Origin: Candidatus Kapaibacterium sp.
GTDB lineage: Bacteria > Bacteroidota > Ignavibacteria > Kapaibacteriales > UBA2268
DNA: 64,000 nucleotides
Direction of reading: 5' to 3'
Assembly (NCBI GenBank): GCA_938031175.1
Contig: CALHGZ010000007.1
Location: 2,999-66,998 of the forward strand
The notes beneath the pieces are model-generated. The model did no database searches. It was not told the DNA's origin and saw nothing but the letters and a program-made list of their open reading frames with translations. Positions 49,905 through 60,779 of this stretch are shown here, in pieces. The translations under genes and the position numbers were made by a program. Positions within the stretch are counted from its first letter, which is position 1, and each line of letters begins with the position of its first letter.

Positions 49905-50831
49905 ATGAATTTAAAGGATTTATACCAGAAATACAGAGATTGGCAAAAAAAGAAAAAGAAAAAACCAGAGCCACAAACTCTCACAGAAAAGCTTGTTTCT
50001 TGGGTAAAGACATTTGCCGGTGCGATCGTTATAGTTATGATTATTAATGGTCTTGCCATTGCATCCTTTGTTGTTCCAACCGGTTCAATGGAAAATACAG
50101 TAATGACAGGAGATTTTTTATTTGTAAATAGATTGATTTATGCTCCATCAACTCCACAGGTAATTCCTTTTTTTAATATTCCTTTACCATATTTATCATT
50201 TCCAGGTTATTCAAAACCCAAAAGAGGAGATGTAATTGTTTTTATCTTCCCCGGGAATCGTGACCAGGTCAAGGCAACAGAATTCCAGTATTATTTAAAG
50301 CGTTGTGTAGCCGTTGCAGGTGATACACTACAAATTATAGATAAACAATTATATGTAAACGGCGAACCAGTACCACTTCCTGAGAAGGCAAAAATTGATA
50401 ATTCAATATATACACCTCAAGTTGATCAGTTTAGAACATTTCCAGAAGGAAGGAACTATACTAAAGACAATTATGGCCCAATTCGAATTCCAAAAAAAGG
50501 GGACGTTATACATTTGACACAGGAAAATTACAAAGAGTGGCGTATATTTATTATGAGAGAAGGTAAGGATATATTCAATGACGGCAAGCAGATTTATATT
50601 GATAATAAACCTGTAACGACTTATACAGTAGAGAGAGACTATGTATTTGGTTTAGGCGATAATAGAGACAATAGTACAGATAGCAGATATTTTGGTTTTA
50701 TTCCTGTTAATAATGTCATTGGTTCACCTCTTATAGTTTATTGGTCCTGGAATACAGATTTACCGATCACCAATATTTTTCAGAAACTTGCATCGGTTCG
50801 ATTAGAAAGAATAGGCACTATAATTAAATAG
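49905..50831 (+). CDS. lepB: signal peptidase I
   Basis: PTGSMENT (Ser), YLKRC (Lys), GDNRDNSTDSR. Confidence 0.95.
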   Translation: MNLKDLYQKYRDWQKKKKKKPEPQTLTEKLVSWVKTFAGAIVIVMIINGLAIASFVVPTGSMENTVMTGDFLFVNRLIYAPSTPQVIPFFNIPLPYLSFPGYSKPKRGDVIVFIFPGNRDQVKATEFQYYLKRCVAVAGDTLQIIDKQLYVNGEPVPLPEKAKIDNSIYTPQVDQFRTFPEGRNYTKDNYGPIRIPKKGDVIHLTQENYKEWRIFIMREGKDIFNDGKQIYIDNKPVTTYTVERDYVFGLGDNRDNSTDSRYFGFIPVNNVIGSPLIVYWSWNTDLPITNIFQKLASVRLERIGTIIK

Positions 50832-50837
50832 CCATTT

Positions 50838-51496
50838 ATGGAAATTAAAAATGAATTAATTTCTAATAAATCAAAAATACTTCCATTTTTGGAGATAATT
50901 TTTATATCCATATTTATAGTATTCTTTTTGAGGATTACTACTTTGGAGTTTTATCGTATATCTTCCGATTCAATGATTTATTCACTGCAAACCGGTGATT
51001 ATATTGTAATAAGTAAAATACATTATTCCCTTGGTATATCGCCTTGCCTACCTGTTTTTAACATACGAATTCCAGAGAACTGGAGAATAAAATTAAGAGA
51101 AATACAAAGAGGAGATTTAGTTGTTTTTTTTTGCCAAATACAGTTAGCTGCGGAAAGAGATATATTAAAAGAGTAATTGCGATTCCTGGTGATACTATCT
51201 TTGTATATTCGAACTTGATTTCTATAAAAAATAGTAAATACATTAAATATTATCCATTTATAAGGAAAGAAAATCAAAAATTTTTGAATCAGATATTAAA
51301 TGATAAAAAGTACTATGTTTTGAGAAGTGGTCAGTACTTTGTAATTGGTGATAACATTGATTATAGTGTAGATTCGAGAGATTTTGGTCCAATAAGTGAT
51401 CTGAGTATTATTGGTAAACCTATATTAATTTATTGGTCTGTAAATGAAGAAGACAAAACATTAAGGGTAAATAGATTTTTTAATTTTATAAGGTAA
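50838..51496 (+). pseudogene. second signal peptidase I, frameshifted at a T9 tract
   Basis: frame 1 (50838..51176): SSDSM, RGDLVVFF; frame 2 (51131..51496): YIKRVIAIPGD, GDNIDYSVDSR; T9 at 51124-51132. Confidence 0.8.
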
Positions 51497-52650
51497 TGAG
51501 TGGTATTTATATACATATCCCTTTTTGCGAAAGAAAATGCAATTATTGTGATTTTTATTCAATTGAAAATAAATCGTTAATTCCGCAATTTGTTGATAAA
51601 TTATGCCGGGAAATTGAACTAAGATCTAAAAACGAAGCACCCAATTCGTCCATTCAGAGTATATTTTTTGGTGGGGGTACACCTTCAATACTTGAGACTT
51701 ATCATTTGGAAAGAATATTAAATTCTCTTTATAGAACCTACCCAATACAAAATAATACTGAGATAACTGTCGAATGCAATCCAGGAACACTTAGCAAAAA
51801 AGATATGAAAGCATATCAATCTATGGGAATAAATAGATTGAGTCTTGGGATTCAATCGTTTAATGATGCAGAGCTGAAATTTTTACAAAGGATACATTCT
51901 TCGGTAGAGGCTGTAGACTCTTATCTAATGGCAAGGGATTGCGGTTTCGACAATATTAATATTGATTTAATGTTTTCTCTTCCAATTCAAGATCTAAAAA
52001 GTTGGGAATTCACCCTGACTAAGGCGCTTGAATTAAAGCCAGACCATATTTCAGCTTATAGTCTTATATATGAACCGGATACACCATTGTATAGAGCATT
52101 AAAAGATGGGAAAATAGTGCCTCATTCAGTTGATTCGGATAGCGAATTTTTTCTCTACACTATGAATTACCTTGAAGATAACCACTATATTCAATATGAG
52201 GTTTCGAATTATTCTTGTCATGGGAAAAAATGCATTCATAATTTAAATTATTGGTACGGTGGTGAATATATTGGATTTGGACCATCTGCACATAGTTACA
52301 TTGGCAACAAAAGAAGTTGGAATGTTAGAAATATAAGAAATTATATTGATCTATTGACAAAAAAATCATTAGCTACCGAAGGAAGTGAGGAATTATCTTT
52401 TAAGGATAAACTTTATGAATCCGTTTCCTTACAGCTGAGAGCTGAAGGTATTTTAAGGGAGGAATTTTGTCGGAGATTTGGCTTTGATCCTGTGCTAGAA
52501 GACTTATTTTTTGATAACTTAAAAGAAAATAATTTAATTGGAGTTAGCTCAAATAAACTTTTTTTGACGAAAAAGGGATATTTGATCTGTGATGAAATTA
52601 CTGTAAAACTATTGGAATTATACGAAATTCAAATTGATTGTAGAAAATAA
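51496..52650 (+). CDS. hemW: radical SAM heme chaperone HemW
   Basis: IYIHIPFCERKCNYCDF, FFGGGTPS, YEVSNY, HNLNYW. Confidence 0.9.
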   Translation: MSGIYIHIPFCERKCNYCDFYSIENKSLIPQFVDKLCREIELRSKNEAPNSSIQSIFFGGGTPSILETYHLERILNSLYRTYPIQNNTEITVECNPGTLSKKDMKAYQSMGINRLSLGIQSFNDAELKFLQRIHSSVEAVDSYLMARDCGFDNINIDLMFSLPIQDLKSWEFTLTKALELKPDHISAYSLIYEPDTPLYRALKDGKIVPHSVDSDSEFFLYTMNYLEDNHYIQYEVSNYSCHGKKCIHNLNYWYGGEYIGFGPSAHSYIGNKRSWNVRNIRNYIDLLTKKSLATEGSEELSFKDKLYESVSLQLRAEGILREEFCRRFGFDPVLEDLFFDNLKENNLIGVSSNKLFLTKKGYLICDEITVKLLELYEIQIDCRK

Positions 52651-52761
52651 TTTGAAAATCTGAGTTGTTAAGAAGTCTTAACAGTTTAGGTTTTATTTTA
52701 TGCTATATTTGAAAAGTTAGAACTAAAAGATTTTTAAAAGTTATTAAATAAGCATAGAATT

Positions 52762-55098
52762 ATGGAATTTTATTTATTTATCACAATCTTATTAATAATA
52801 TTAGCGATAGTTGACCTGACGGTCGGTGTAGCAAATGATGCAGTAAATTTTGTTAACGCCTCTGTCGGTTCGCGTGTATCTACATTCAAAACTATAATAA
52901 TTTTTTCTGCGGTAGGTATTTTAATTGGAGTTTTGCTATCAAGCGGAATGATGGAAATAGCTCGCAAGGGTATATTTAATCCACAATATTTTACGATGCC
53001 TGAAATAATGATAATTTTTGTAGCTGTAATGTTGACAGATGTTTTAATGCTCGATTTATTTAATACTTTGGGATTACCAACTTCAACAACTGTATCTATC
53101 ATTTTTGAATTACTGGGAGCATCAGTAGCTGTATCGGTAATTAAGATGTTGTCTGAAAATTCTGATATGTCTGTTTTATTTCAGTATATTAATACAGCGA
53201 GCGTTTTGAAAATAATTATTGCAATATTTACATCAATAATTGTTGCTTTTACAGTAGGCCTTATTTTTCAATTTGTAACTCGACTATTATTTACATTCGA
53301 TTATCATAGACGAATTAAAAGATATGGCAGTATATGGGGTGGTTTAGCTTTAACATTTATTACTTTCTTTGTAATAGTAAAAGGTGCAAAAGGTGCATCC
53401 TTTATGACAGATGAATTGTCTGCATATATTCAAACAAATTTATATTTAATTGTTGGTTTGAGTTTTGTTTTCTGGACTTTAATTTTAACCTTAATTCAAA
53501 TCTTTACCCGAATCAATATATTTAAAGTAATAGTATTAATTGGAACATCTGCCCTTGCTATGGCTTTTGCTTCCAATGACCTTGTAAATTTTATCGGAGC
53601 TCCTTTAGCTGGATTAATGGCATATCAATTTTCTTTACAAATGGATGACCCACTTAATACTACCATGGGTATATTAAATCAACCTCTTAAAGCAGATACT
53701 TTTTTGCTATTGATAGCAGGTTTGATAATGATTGCTACTCTTTTATTCTCGATGAAAGTTCGTTCAGTCGTTAATACGTCAGTCAGATTAGGTAGGCAGG
53801 AGGAGGGCTACGAAAGGTTCGAGTCAAACCTATTTGCAAGGGGACTTGTCCGTATAGCAATAATAATTTTCGAATTTATCAAAAAGTTAGTACCTCCAAC
53901 AATTTTGAATTTTATACAAAAACGGCTTGATACTACTAAGTATAAACCAGAATTAGATTCCGAAGGAAAAGCTCCTGCGTTTGATTTAGTTAGAGCAGCT
54001 GTTATTCTATCTTGCTCATCGGGATTAATTTCTTTTGCTACATCTTTAAAGCTTCCGCTTTCTACAACTTATGTAACTTTCATTGTAGCAATGGCTGCCG
54101 CTCTTGCTGATAAAGCTTGGGACAGAGATAGTGCTGTTTATAGGGTTGCAGGCGTTTTGACGGTTATAGGTGGTTGGCTGTTATCTGCTCTTATTGCTTT
54201 CACTGTTTCCTTTATTATTGCTGTGATTATATATTATGGTAATATTTATGCTATAATTGCTATTTCTTTGTTTGTTGCTTTTTCGTTAGTTCGAACAAAT
54301 TCTTTGCATAAAAAATTATATAAAGAATCCGAGGAAATAGAAACTAAATTGAGTATTGTTTCTGATAGAGCTGAAACTTTGATAAAAATTTATTATGATG
54401 AGATTTTAAAATTTTTAAATAATATTTTAAAGGCAATTGAATTTACATTAAAAGGTATACAAAAAGGTAGCATAAAACAGTTGACCAAAGCCAAGGCTTT
54501 TGCAAAATTAACAAATAAGCAATTGCCTATTTTACATAACGATATTTTAAGGATATCAAAGTATGACAATGATGATTCGGCTGATAAAAGCCTCCTCTAT
54601 GGTAAAGTTTTGAGTAGCTTAAATAGTATAACAGACCATCTTAGCTATCTGAGTAACCAAAATCTTACTTATTTTGATAATAATCATACCAAGTTCACAG
54701 ATGTTCAATTGCAGGAATTAAATATTCTTTTCTCGTCATTAATAGCATTGGTACAATCTTTTAAAGACACCATTACAAATAAAACCGTCAAAGATGGTAA
54801 AGAATTCAATGTTATAATTAATGAGATAAATTCAAATGTCAAGAAATTTTATGATAATCAATTAAAAAGATTCAGAAAATCTGGCAAAAATCTACGACGC
54901 AGTCGTTTATTTTTAGATAATATTTCAGATATAGAGGCTATCACCAATAACCTGGAATTGATAAAGAAATTAACAGACAATCTTTTTTACGAAAAGTTTG
55001 AACTTGTCAATGATTTATTAGAAGCAAAGAGAAAAGGGGTTGTACTTATTGAAGATGGGGGTAAAGTTTCCGATTCAAAGAAGAAATCTAAAGGCTAA
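52762..55098 (+). CDS. PiT-family inorganic phosphate transporter with C-terminal helical (PhoU-like) extension
   Basis: GVANDAVNF, LPTSTT, ASNDLVNF, LPLSTT; soluble helical C-terminus. Confidence 0.85.
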   Translation: MEFYLFITILLIILAIVDLTVGVANDAVNFVNASVGSRVSTFKTIIIFSAVGILIGVLLSSGMMEIARKGIFNPQYFTMPEIMIIFVAVMLTDVLMLDLFNTLGLPTSTTVSIIFELLGASVAVSVIKMLSENSDMSVLFQYINTASVLKIIIAIFTSIIVAFTVGLIFQFVTRLLFTFDYHRRIKRYGSIWGGLALTFITFFVIVKGAKGASFMTDELSAYIQTNLYLIVGLSFVFWTLILTLIQIFTRINIFKVIVLIGTSALAMAFASNDLVNFIGAPLAGLMAYQFSLQMDDPLNTTMGILNQPLKADTFLLLIAGLIMIATLLFSMKVRSVVNTSVRLGRQEEGYERFESNLFARGLVRIAIIIFEFIKKLVPPTILNFIQKRLDTTKYKPELDSEGKAPAFDLVRAAVILSCSSGLISFATSLKLPLSTTYVTFIVAMAAALADKAWDRDSAVYRVAGVLTVIGGWLLSALIAFTVSFIIAVIIYYGNIYAIIAISLFVAFSLVRTNSLHKKLYKESEEIETKLSIVSDRAETLIKIYYDEILKFLNNILKAIEFTLKGIQKGSIKQLTKAKAFAKLTNKQLPILHNDILRISKYDNDDSADKSLLYGKVLSSLNSITDHLSYLSNQNLTYFDNNHTKFTDVQLQELNILFSSLIALVQSFKDTITNKTVKDGKEFNVIINEINSNVKKFYDNQLKRFRKSGKNLRRSRLFLDNISDIEAITNNLELIKKLTDNLFYEKFELVNDLLEAKRKGVVLIEDGGKVSDSKKKSKG

Positions 55099-55109
55099 GG
55101 TATATCCAA

Positions 55110-55988
55110 TTATTTTTTTTCAATTTCATTTATTAACCTTAAGAGATAATTTTTATATTCACATCGAGGCAAAGAATTATAGTTTTGATAAAGTTGTTCA
55201 AAAGAGATTAATCCTCTTTCAAAAGCGATTTCTTCCAAGCAGGCAATTTTTCTACCCTGACGTTTCTCGATAGCATGAATGAAGGTTCCAGCTTCAATTA
55301 AGCTTTCGGGTGTCCCGGTATCAAGCCAGGCAATGCCACGACCCATTATTACAACATCGAGCTTTTTTTCGTCTAAATATAATTTTTGTATATCAGTGAT
55401 TTCAAGTTCACCACGTGCACTTGGTTTAAGATGTCTTGCTTTTTCAACTACCGATGAATCGAATATATACACTCCAGGTATAGCAAACTGCGAGCTTGGA
55501 TTTAGTGGTTTTTCTTCTATGCTTAGTATTGAACCATCTTCAGCTAATGTAACAACACCGTAATCTTGCGGATTATTAACTTTGTAAGCAAAAATAGTAG
55601 CCCCACGATTAGCTGATATTGCATTTCTGAGAAAATCTAATTTTCCATAAAAGAGGTTGTCACCTAAAATAAGACAAACCTGATTTTCGCCAATAAAATC
55701 TGCTCCGTAAATGAAAGCTTCAGCAATTCCTTTTGGTTCTTTTTGGATTACATAATCAAAATTAATTCCCCATTTACTACCGTCCCCCAGTAATTTTTTA
55801 AATTGGGGTATGTCTTGTGGTGTAGATATAATGAGAATATTACTTATGCCACTCAGCATCAGAGTTGCAATTGGATAATAAATCATTGGTTTATCGTAGA
55901 TTGGAAGCAACTGCTTGCTGATAATAGATGTTATAGGATATAATCGGGTACCTGTTCCCCCGGCCAAAATTATTCCTTTTGTCAGCAT
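55110..55988 (-). CDS. rfbA: glucose-1-phosphate thymidylyltransferase
   Basis: GIILAGGTGTRLYP, SKQLLPIYDKPMIYYP, PSARGELEITD, WLDTGT. Confidence 0.95.
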   Translation of the reverse strand: MLTKGIILAGGTGTRLYPITSIISKQLLPIYDKPMIYYPIATLMLSGISNILIISTPQDIPQFKKLLGDGSKWGINFDYVIQKEPKGIAEAFIYGADFIGENQVCLILGDNLFYGKLDFLRNAISANRGATIFAYKVNNPQDYGVVTLAEDGSILSIEEKPLNPSSQFAIPGVYIFDSSVVEKARHLKPSARGELEITDIQKLYLDEKKLDVVIMGRGIAWLDTGTPESLIEAGTFIHAIEKRQGRKIACLEEIAFERGLISFEQLYQNYNSLPRCEYKNYLLRLINEIEKK

Positions 55989-55991
55989 TTA

Positions 55992-58313
55992 TTATTGTAT
56001 TCTGATTCTTTGTCCTATTATTAATTTGTTTTCGTTAAGGTTTTTGTTCTTCGATTTAATGGAAGATACGCTAACGCCGAATTTTTGTGCAATTGAATAT
56101 AGAGTATCCCCGGCACGAATTATATAATATTTTGGTGGATTATTGACATTCGATTTAGGTGATTTTGAAGCACCTTTAGATGTTTCGGGAACATATATTT
56201 TGAGTTTGGTGCCTGCAAAAATTGTAGTGCCGTCAATTTTATTTGCGTTCCAATTTATGATGTCGGATTCATTTACGCCATATTTGGCAGCTATTATGCT
56301 GAGGTTTTCTCCACGCTTAACTGTGTGTGTTTTAAGTGTTAAGTTTTCGGTGGAATAATTTTTTGAGATTATATTTGAAGTTCTGATTTTTAATTCTTGA
56401 CCAGTATAAATTGTTTCATCTACTATGTCATTGTCCTCGATAATAACATCGACCTTGACATTATACTTCCTTGCAATCTGAGCTAGATTTTCACCTTTTG
56501 CAACTTTATGAGTTATGATATTGTTGGTTTTAATTTTGGTGATTTCAGGTGAATTATTAATCATTGCATTATCCGAAGCTATAATAAGTTCCATTCCAAC
56601 AGTGATATTATCGCTTTCTTGAGGAATATTGTTCCATCTTTTTAAATCTTCGATAGGAATGTTATATCTTTTTGATATATTGAATAAATTATCGCCAACA
56701 GCAACGATGTGAATATTGGTTTTTTTGTTATTATTGTGCGAATCATTGTTTTTAGCAATGTTCTCTTCTTTACCATTTATTTGTTCAATAGGAATATTTA
56801 AAACTGTTCCGGTTTTTAACTTCGTTTTAATGTTTTTTATATTATTGAATGAAGCAATTTCATTCGGAGAAAGGTTATAAATTTTAGCAATGGTATGTAT
56901 TGTTTCGCCTTTTTGGATTGTATGATTAACAAGTGGCATTTTTTCTTCGGGAGAAAGTAAGGCAAAATTAGTTTTAAATTCCTCTTTAGTACCGAGGGGT
57001 ATTTTTAAAACGTATGTAGGTTTATCAGGTGGTGTAATCGAACGAATTAACTCTGGATTTAACTTTTGCAATATTTCTTCATCGGTATTTATACACTTTG
57101 CAAGAGCATTTAGATTAACCGGCTCATTTATTGTTACTGTATCGTATTTGTATTCTTCTTGTGGGGTTAGTTCGTCAATGTTAAAGCCGTATGCTTCGGG
57201 ATTTAGCATAATTTTTGTTGTAGCGATGAACTGAGGTACATAATTTCTTGTTTCTCTTGGTAACTTGTCTGCGATATCCCAAAATTTAGGATTTTCTAGT
57301 TTTGAACGCTGAATGGTTCTCCTGACGCAACCAAGCCCACAGTTATAAGCAGCGAGAGCCAAATGCCAGTCACCGAGTTCATTGTAAAGATCTTTGAGGT
57401 GTTTAAAAGCAGCTCTTGTTGATTTTTCAGGATCCCTTCTTTCGTCAATCCATATAGAACTATTGGCATTTAAGCCATATAATTCACCTGTAGAACGTAT
57501 GAATTGCCAGAGACCGACAGCTTTAGCTTTTGATACTGCATTAGGATCTAAACGGCTTTCGATCATTGATAGGAATGCTATTTCTAGTGGTACATTTTCT
57601 TCTTTTGCTATACGGAAGAATAGTGGAAACCATCGAGAACGACGCTCGATACAATCTTGAATAAATTTTCTACCTAGTTTATGACTTGTTAGGAAAGTGA
57701 TATTACGCTCAACCAATTCGTTATTATCAAGAGGTATTTCAAATTTGTGATTGTATGGCAATATAGATATTGCCGGGCTTGTATCTCGAGGAATAGTTAT
57801 TGTCTGGATATCAGGAACAATCTTAGAGGCATATTTATCAATTTCTTCGTATAATTTATCTCGAATAATAAATAAGGAGGTGTTTTCATCCAGGTTTTCA
57901 ATACTTTCTATGAAAGTTTCGTAGTCATCTATAATGGTTTGTGCTAATTCAGTAAATTCTTCATTTTGTTCTATTCCTGGATATGAAACAAGAGTATTTA
58001 AAGTTGTTATAGCGCGCTCAAAGTATTTGGCAGCTGTTAGTGTATCTTTTTTTTCTATGTGTTTTAAGGCTTGTAAATAAAGTTGTTTAGATTTTTCGAG
58101 TGTGAGGATTACATATTTGTCTATGATGATGCGTTCCGTAGGTTTATCGTCCAATTCAGAATATTCATCTGGAAAAATCTGAAGATTAGGTTTTGCTTTG
58201 TTTTTGATTTTTACAGTAGGTGATTGAGAATAAGCAAAGGGTGAGAAAAAATAAGTCAATGATATGATAATAATTATGATGGTAGTTTTCGATTTCAATT
58301 TTTTTCCTATCAT
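55992..58313 (-). CDS. mltD: MltD-like lytic transglycosylase with multiple LysM domains
   Basis: MIESRLDP, AVGLWQF, ALAAYNCG, PRETRNYVP; five or more LysM repeats. Confidence 0.88.
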   Translation of the reverse strand: MIGKKLKSKTTIIIIIISLTYFFSPFAYSQSPTVKIKNKAKPNLQIFPDEYSELDDKPTERIIIDKYVILTLEKSKQLYLQALKHIEKKDTLTAAKYFERAITTLNTLVSYPGIEQNEEFTELAQTIIDDYETFIESIENLDENTSLFIIRDKLYEEIDKYASKIVPDIQTITIPRDTSPAISILPYNHKFEIPLDNNELVERNITFLTSHKLGRKFIQDCIERRSRWFPLFFRIAKEENVPLEIAFLSMIESRLDPNAVSKAKAVGLWQFIRSTGELYGLNANSSIWIDERRDPEKSTRAAFKHLKDLYNELGDWHLALAAYNCGLGCVRRTIQRSKLENPKFWDIADKLPRETRNYVPQFIATTKIMLNPEAYGFNIDELTPQEEYKYDTVTINEPVNLNALAKCINTDEEILQKLNPELIRSITPPDKPTYVLKIPLGTKEEFKTNFALLSPEEKMPLVNHTIQKGETIHTIAKIYNLSPNEIASFNNIKNIKTKLKTGTVLNIPIEQINGKEENIAKNNDSHNNNKKTNIHIVAVGDNLFNISKRYNIPIEDLKRWNNIPQESDNITVGMELIIASDNAMINNSPEITKIKTNNIITHKVAKGENLAQIARKYNVKVDVIIEDNDIVDETIYTGQELKIRTSNIISKNYSTENLTLKTHTVKRGENLSIIAAKYGVNESDIINWNANKIDGTTIFAGTKLKIYVPETSKGASKSPKSNVNNPPKYYIIRAGDTLYSIAQKFGVSVSSIKSKNKNLNENKLIIGQRIRIQ

Positions 58314-58492
58314 AATATCTCCGTTTTTTTTAGATTTTCTTTTTTTGATATCATTGCAATATAAATCATTAATTTTTATAAAGCAAATCTTATATGTTTA
58401 ATGTTTTCTATGAATCAGTTTATTTATTGTCTTATTGTTAATGAATTTATTAAATTTTTTTTGTAGGAAGCAAAAATTAAGCCAGAAGCTTA

Positions 58493-59221
58493 TTATTCAA
58501 TGAATTGATTTACCGGCATTAGAGTAAAATTTTCTCCATCAAATTTGCCAAAGTGAGGATTATTAAACCAATCACCAAGATTAATGTAATATCCCTTGCC
58601 AATTTTTTCGAAGAAAATTTTATGGCGATGTCCCATAATTACATAATCACATCCTTCAGATATTTTCGATTTGGCGTATTCCAAAAGGCTATCTCCTGAT
58701 CCGTAATCTTTTTTGTCGGAGTAATTACGGCTTCTTTTTGAAGAAGATGAAGCAAGTAGTATTCCAAGATCAGGGTGGATTAGACGGTATAGTTTGTTTG
58801 AAAGCGGATTTCTTAGAATTTTTTTCAAGATGTAATAGCCATAGTCGTTTTTTACTTTTCCATCACCGTGAGATAGATAAAATCTTTTTCCTGACAATGT
58901 GGTTTCAATGTCGTTGAAATAAATATTTATTCCCAATTCGTCGGTAAAGAAATCTTTGTGACCAAAGTCATGGTTGCCAATTAGATATTCAATATTAATA
59001 TTTTTTTCTCGTAAAGAGATCAATGCCGTAATAACTCTGATAAAATCTTTTGGTATAACTGATTTATATTCGAACCAGTAATCGAATAAATCGCCGATAA
59101 TAAATAATGTATCGCAGTTAGGAGCAATCTTTTTCAAAAAATCAAGCAAAAGTTTTTCTCTGTCTCTTTCTTTTTGTCGTGGGTAATAACCGATATGGAC
59201 ATCTGATATGAAATAATACAT
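58493..59221 (-). CDS. lpxH: UDP-2,3-diacylglucosamine diphosphatase (LpxH-like metallophosphoesterase)
   Basis: ISDVHIG, GDLFDYW, GNHD, HGDG, MGHRH, NLGDW. Confidence 0.85.
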   Translation of the reverse strand: MYYFISDVHIGYYPRQKERDREKLLLDFLKKIAPNCDTLFIIGDLFDYWFEYKSVIPKDFIRVITALISLREKNINIEYLIGNHDFGHKDFFTDELGINIYFNDIETTLSGKRFYLSHGDGKVKNDYGYYILKKILRNPLSNKLYRLIHPDLGILLASSSSKRSRNYSDKKDYGSGDSLLEYAKSKISEGCDYVIMGHRHKIFFEKIGKGYYINLGDWFNNPHFGKFDGENFTLMPVNQFIE

Positions 59222-59375
59222 TTTACAAGAAAGATATAACAATAATTGTAAAAATAAAAAATTTCGGTAAAATAAAGCTTTTTAAGGGATGGACATTTTT
59301 ATTTAATACGAATTATCTTGTTTATCTTAAATATACACTTTAAATTTGCTATATTTGATTTTATTTTTGGAATTT

Positions 59376-60032
59376 ATGGTACGCAAACAGACATTTTTGT
59401 TGTTAGTTATATTTGCACCAATAATTGCAGTATTACTTACATCTTGTATATCAATTCGCAGTAAATATGAGCCGGTTAACTATTACTTATTGCAACAAAC
59501 ACCTTTATTAGCTGGATATACTGAAAAATTTCCCACTCAGTTAATAGTTCGGGAATTTAGAATTAGTAGTCAATATGAGACTGAACATCTTTTAGCTTTC
59601 CAGAGAGATGGAATAAAATTATATTATTACCATAGATGGCTAAATATGCCCAATATATTGGTAACAGACTATTTAATTACGAGGCTTAATAGGCATAATG
59701 TATTTAGTGGAGGTGTACATTCTTTTTCAACAATTGCTGTATCGGATTATTATCTTGAAGGAACAATCAATGAATTTATAGCATTTAATGACGAAAAACG
59801 AGGGTCTTCGGAAAATTTTGTCATTATTTCAATCCAGGCTACTTTTTTAAAAAGGGAAAAACTCAAAGTAGCTGATACTGTTCTTTTCAGTAATCTTTAT
59901 GAAACTAAAGTCTTCCGAAAGGACAATTCTGTCACAAACATTGCAGATACTTTTAGTCGTGGTTTAGCTGAAATTGCGGATAAAATTATGGGTGATATTA
60001 TACAGGCTCTGAGAGATGAATTTGTTGAATAG
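59376..60032 (+). CDS. PqiC-like ABC transport auxiliary lipoprotein
   Basis: lipobox LLTSC, YYLL, YYYHRW...P; ATG 59376 follows TATATTTG (59350-59357). Confidence 0.7.
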   Translation: MVRKQTFLLLVIFAPIIAVLLTSCISIRSKYEPVNYYLLQQTPLLAGYTEKFPTQLIVREFRISSQYETEHLLAFQRDGIKLYYYHRWLNMPNILVTDYLITRLNRHNVFSGGVHSFSTIAVSDYYLEGTINEFIAFNDEKRGSSENFVIISIQATFLKREKLKVADTVLFSNLYETKVFRKDNSVTNIADTFSRGLAEIADKIMGDIIQALRDEFVE

Positions 60033-60047
60033 GATAGTTCTGGCTCA

Positions 60048-60779
60048 ATGAAAGTTTATCACTTCGAAAGAATTTCCTCAACGAATGATTATGCTATTGA
60101 TTTACTTAGAGTAGATTCACCTGTTGTAGTTACTGCTGATAGTCAATGGTTGGCTCGTGGACGAAACTATCGCCAATGGTATGGTGATTTCGTCGGGAAT
60201 ATTTATTGCTCCATCGCTTTTAGAAATGAGGGAGCTATCAAAAATGATCATAAATTTATATATTATGCAATTGGAACTTTGGCTTCTAAATATGCTTTAA
60301 AGATGACTTGCAATAAAGATATATTTTTTATTAAATATCCAAACGATATTTTAGCTTTAAATATTGAAGGTAGATTTCTAAAAATTGGGGGAGTTTTAGT
60401 TGAAAATTATGATGATAATTTGATCAATGCAACTGTAATTGGTATTGGGATTAATGTTTTGCAAATTGAATTTCCTGAAGATATAGCAAAAAATGCGACA
60501 TCACTTAAATTGCTTGGATTTAATTTTTCTCACAAAGAAGTACTAGAAAATTTAATATTAAAACTTGAAATATTAATTAAGATGGATTTCGATAAATTGT
60601 TTGATTTATGGGAAAAAGAATTAAACTTAAAAGGGAAAATCATTACACTTGATGGTTCCAGCAGTTTATGGAATTTTAAGAGCTTAAATCGTGATGGTAC
60701 CATTACTCTTAAAGATGATCAAAATAATGAAATTATTATTAATGAACAAAATACAATAAGATATAATGTCTATCCCTGA
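60048..60779 (+). CDS. birA: biotin--protein ligase (no N-terminal HTH)
   Basis: SSTND, ARGR, KYPND, KIGGVL, GIGIN. Confidence 0.85.
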   Translation: MKVYHFERISSTNDYAIDLLRVDSPVVVTADSQWLARGRNYRQWYGDFVGNIYCSIAFRNEGAIKNDHKFIYYAIGTLASKYALKMTCNKDIFFIKYPNDILALNIEGRFLKIGGVLVENYDDNLINATVIGIGINVLQIEFPEDIAKNATSLKLLGFNFSHKEVLENLILKLEILIKMDFDKLFDLWEKELNLKGKIITLDGSSSLWNFKSLNRDGTITLKDDQNNEIIINEQNTIRYNVYP

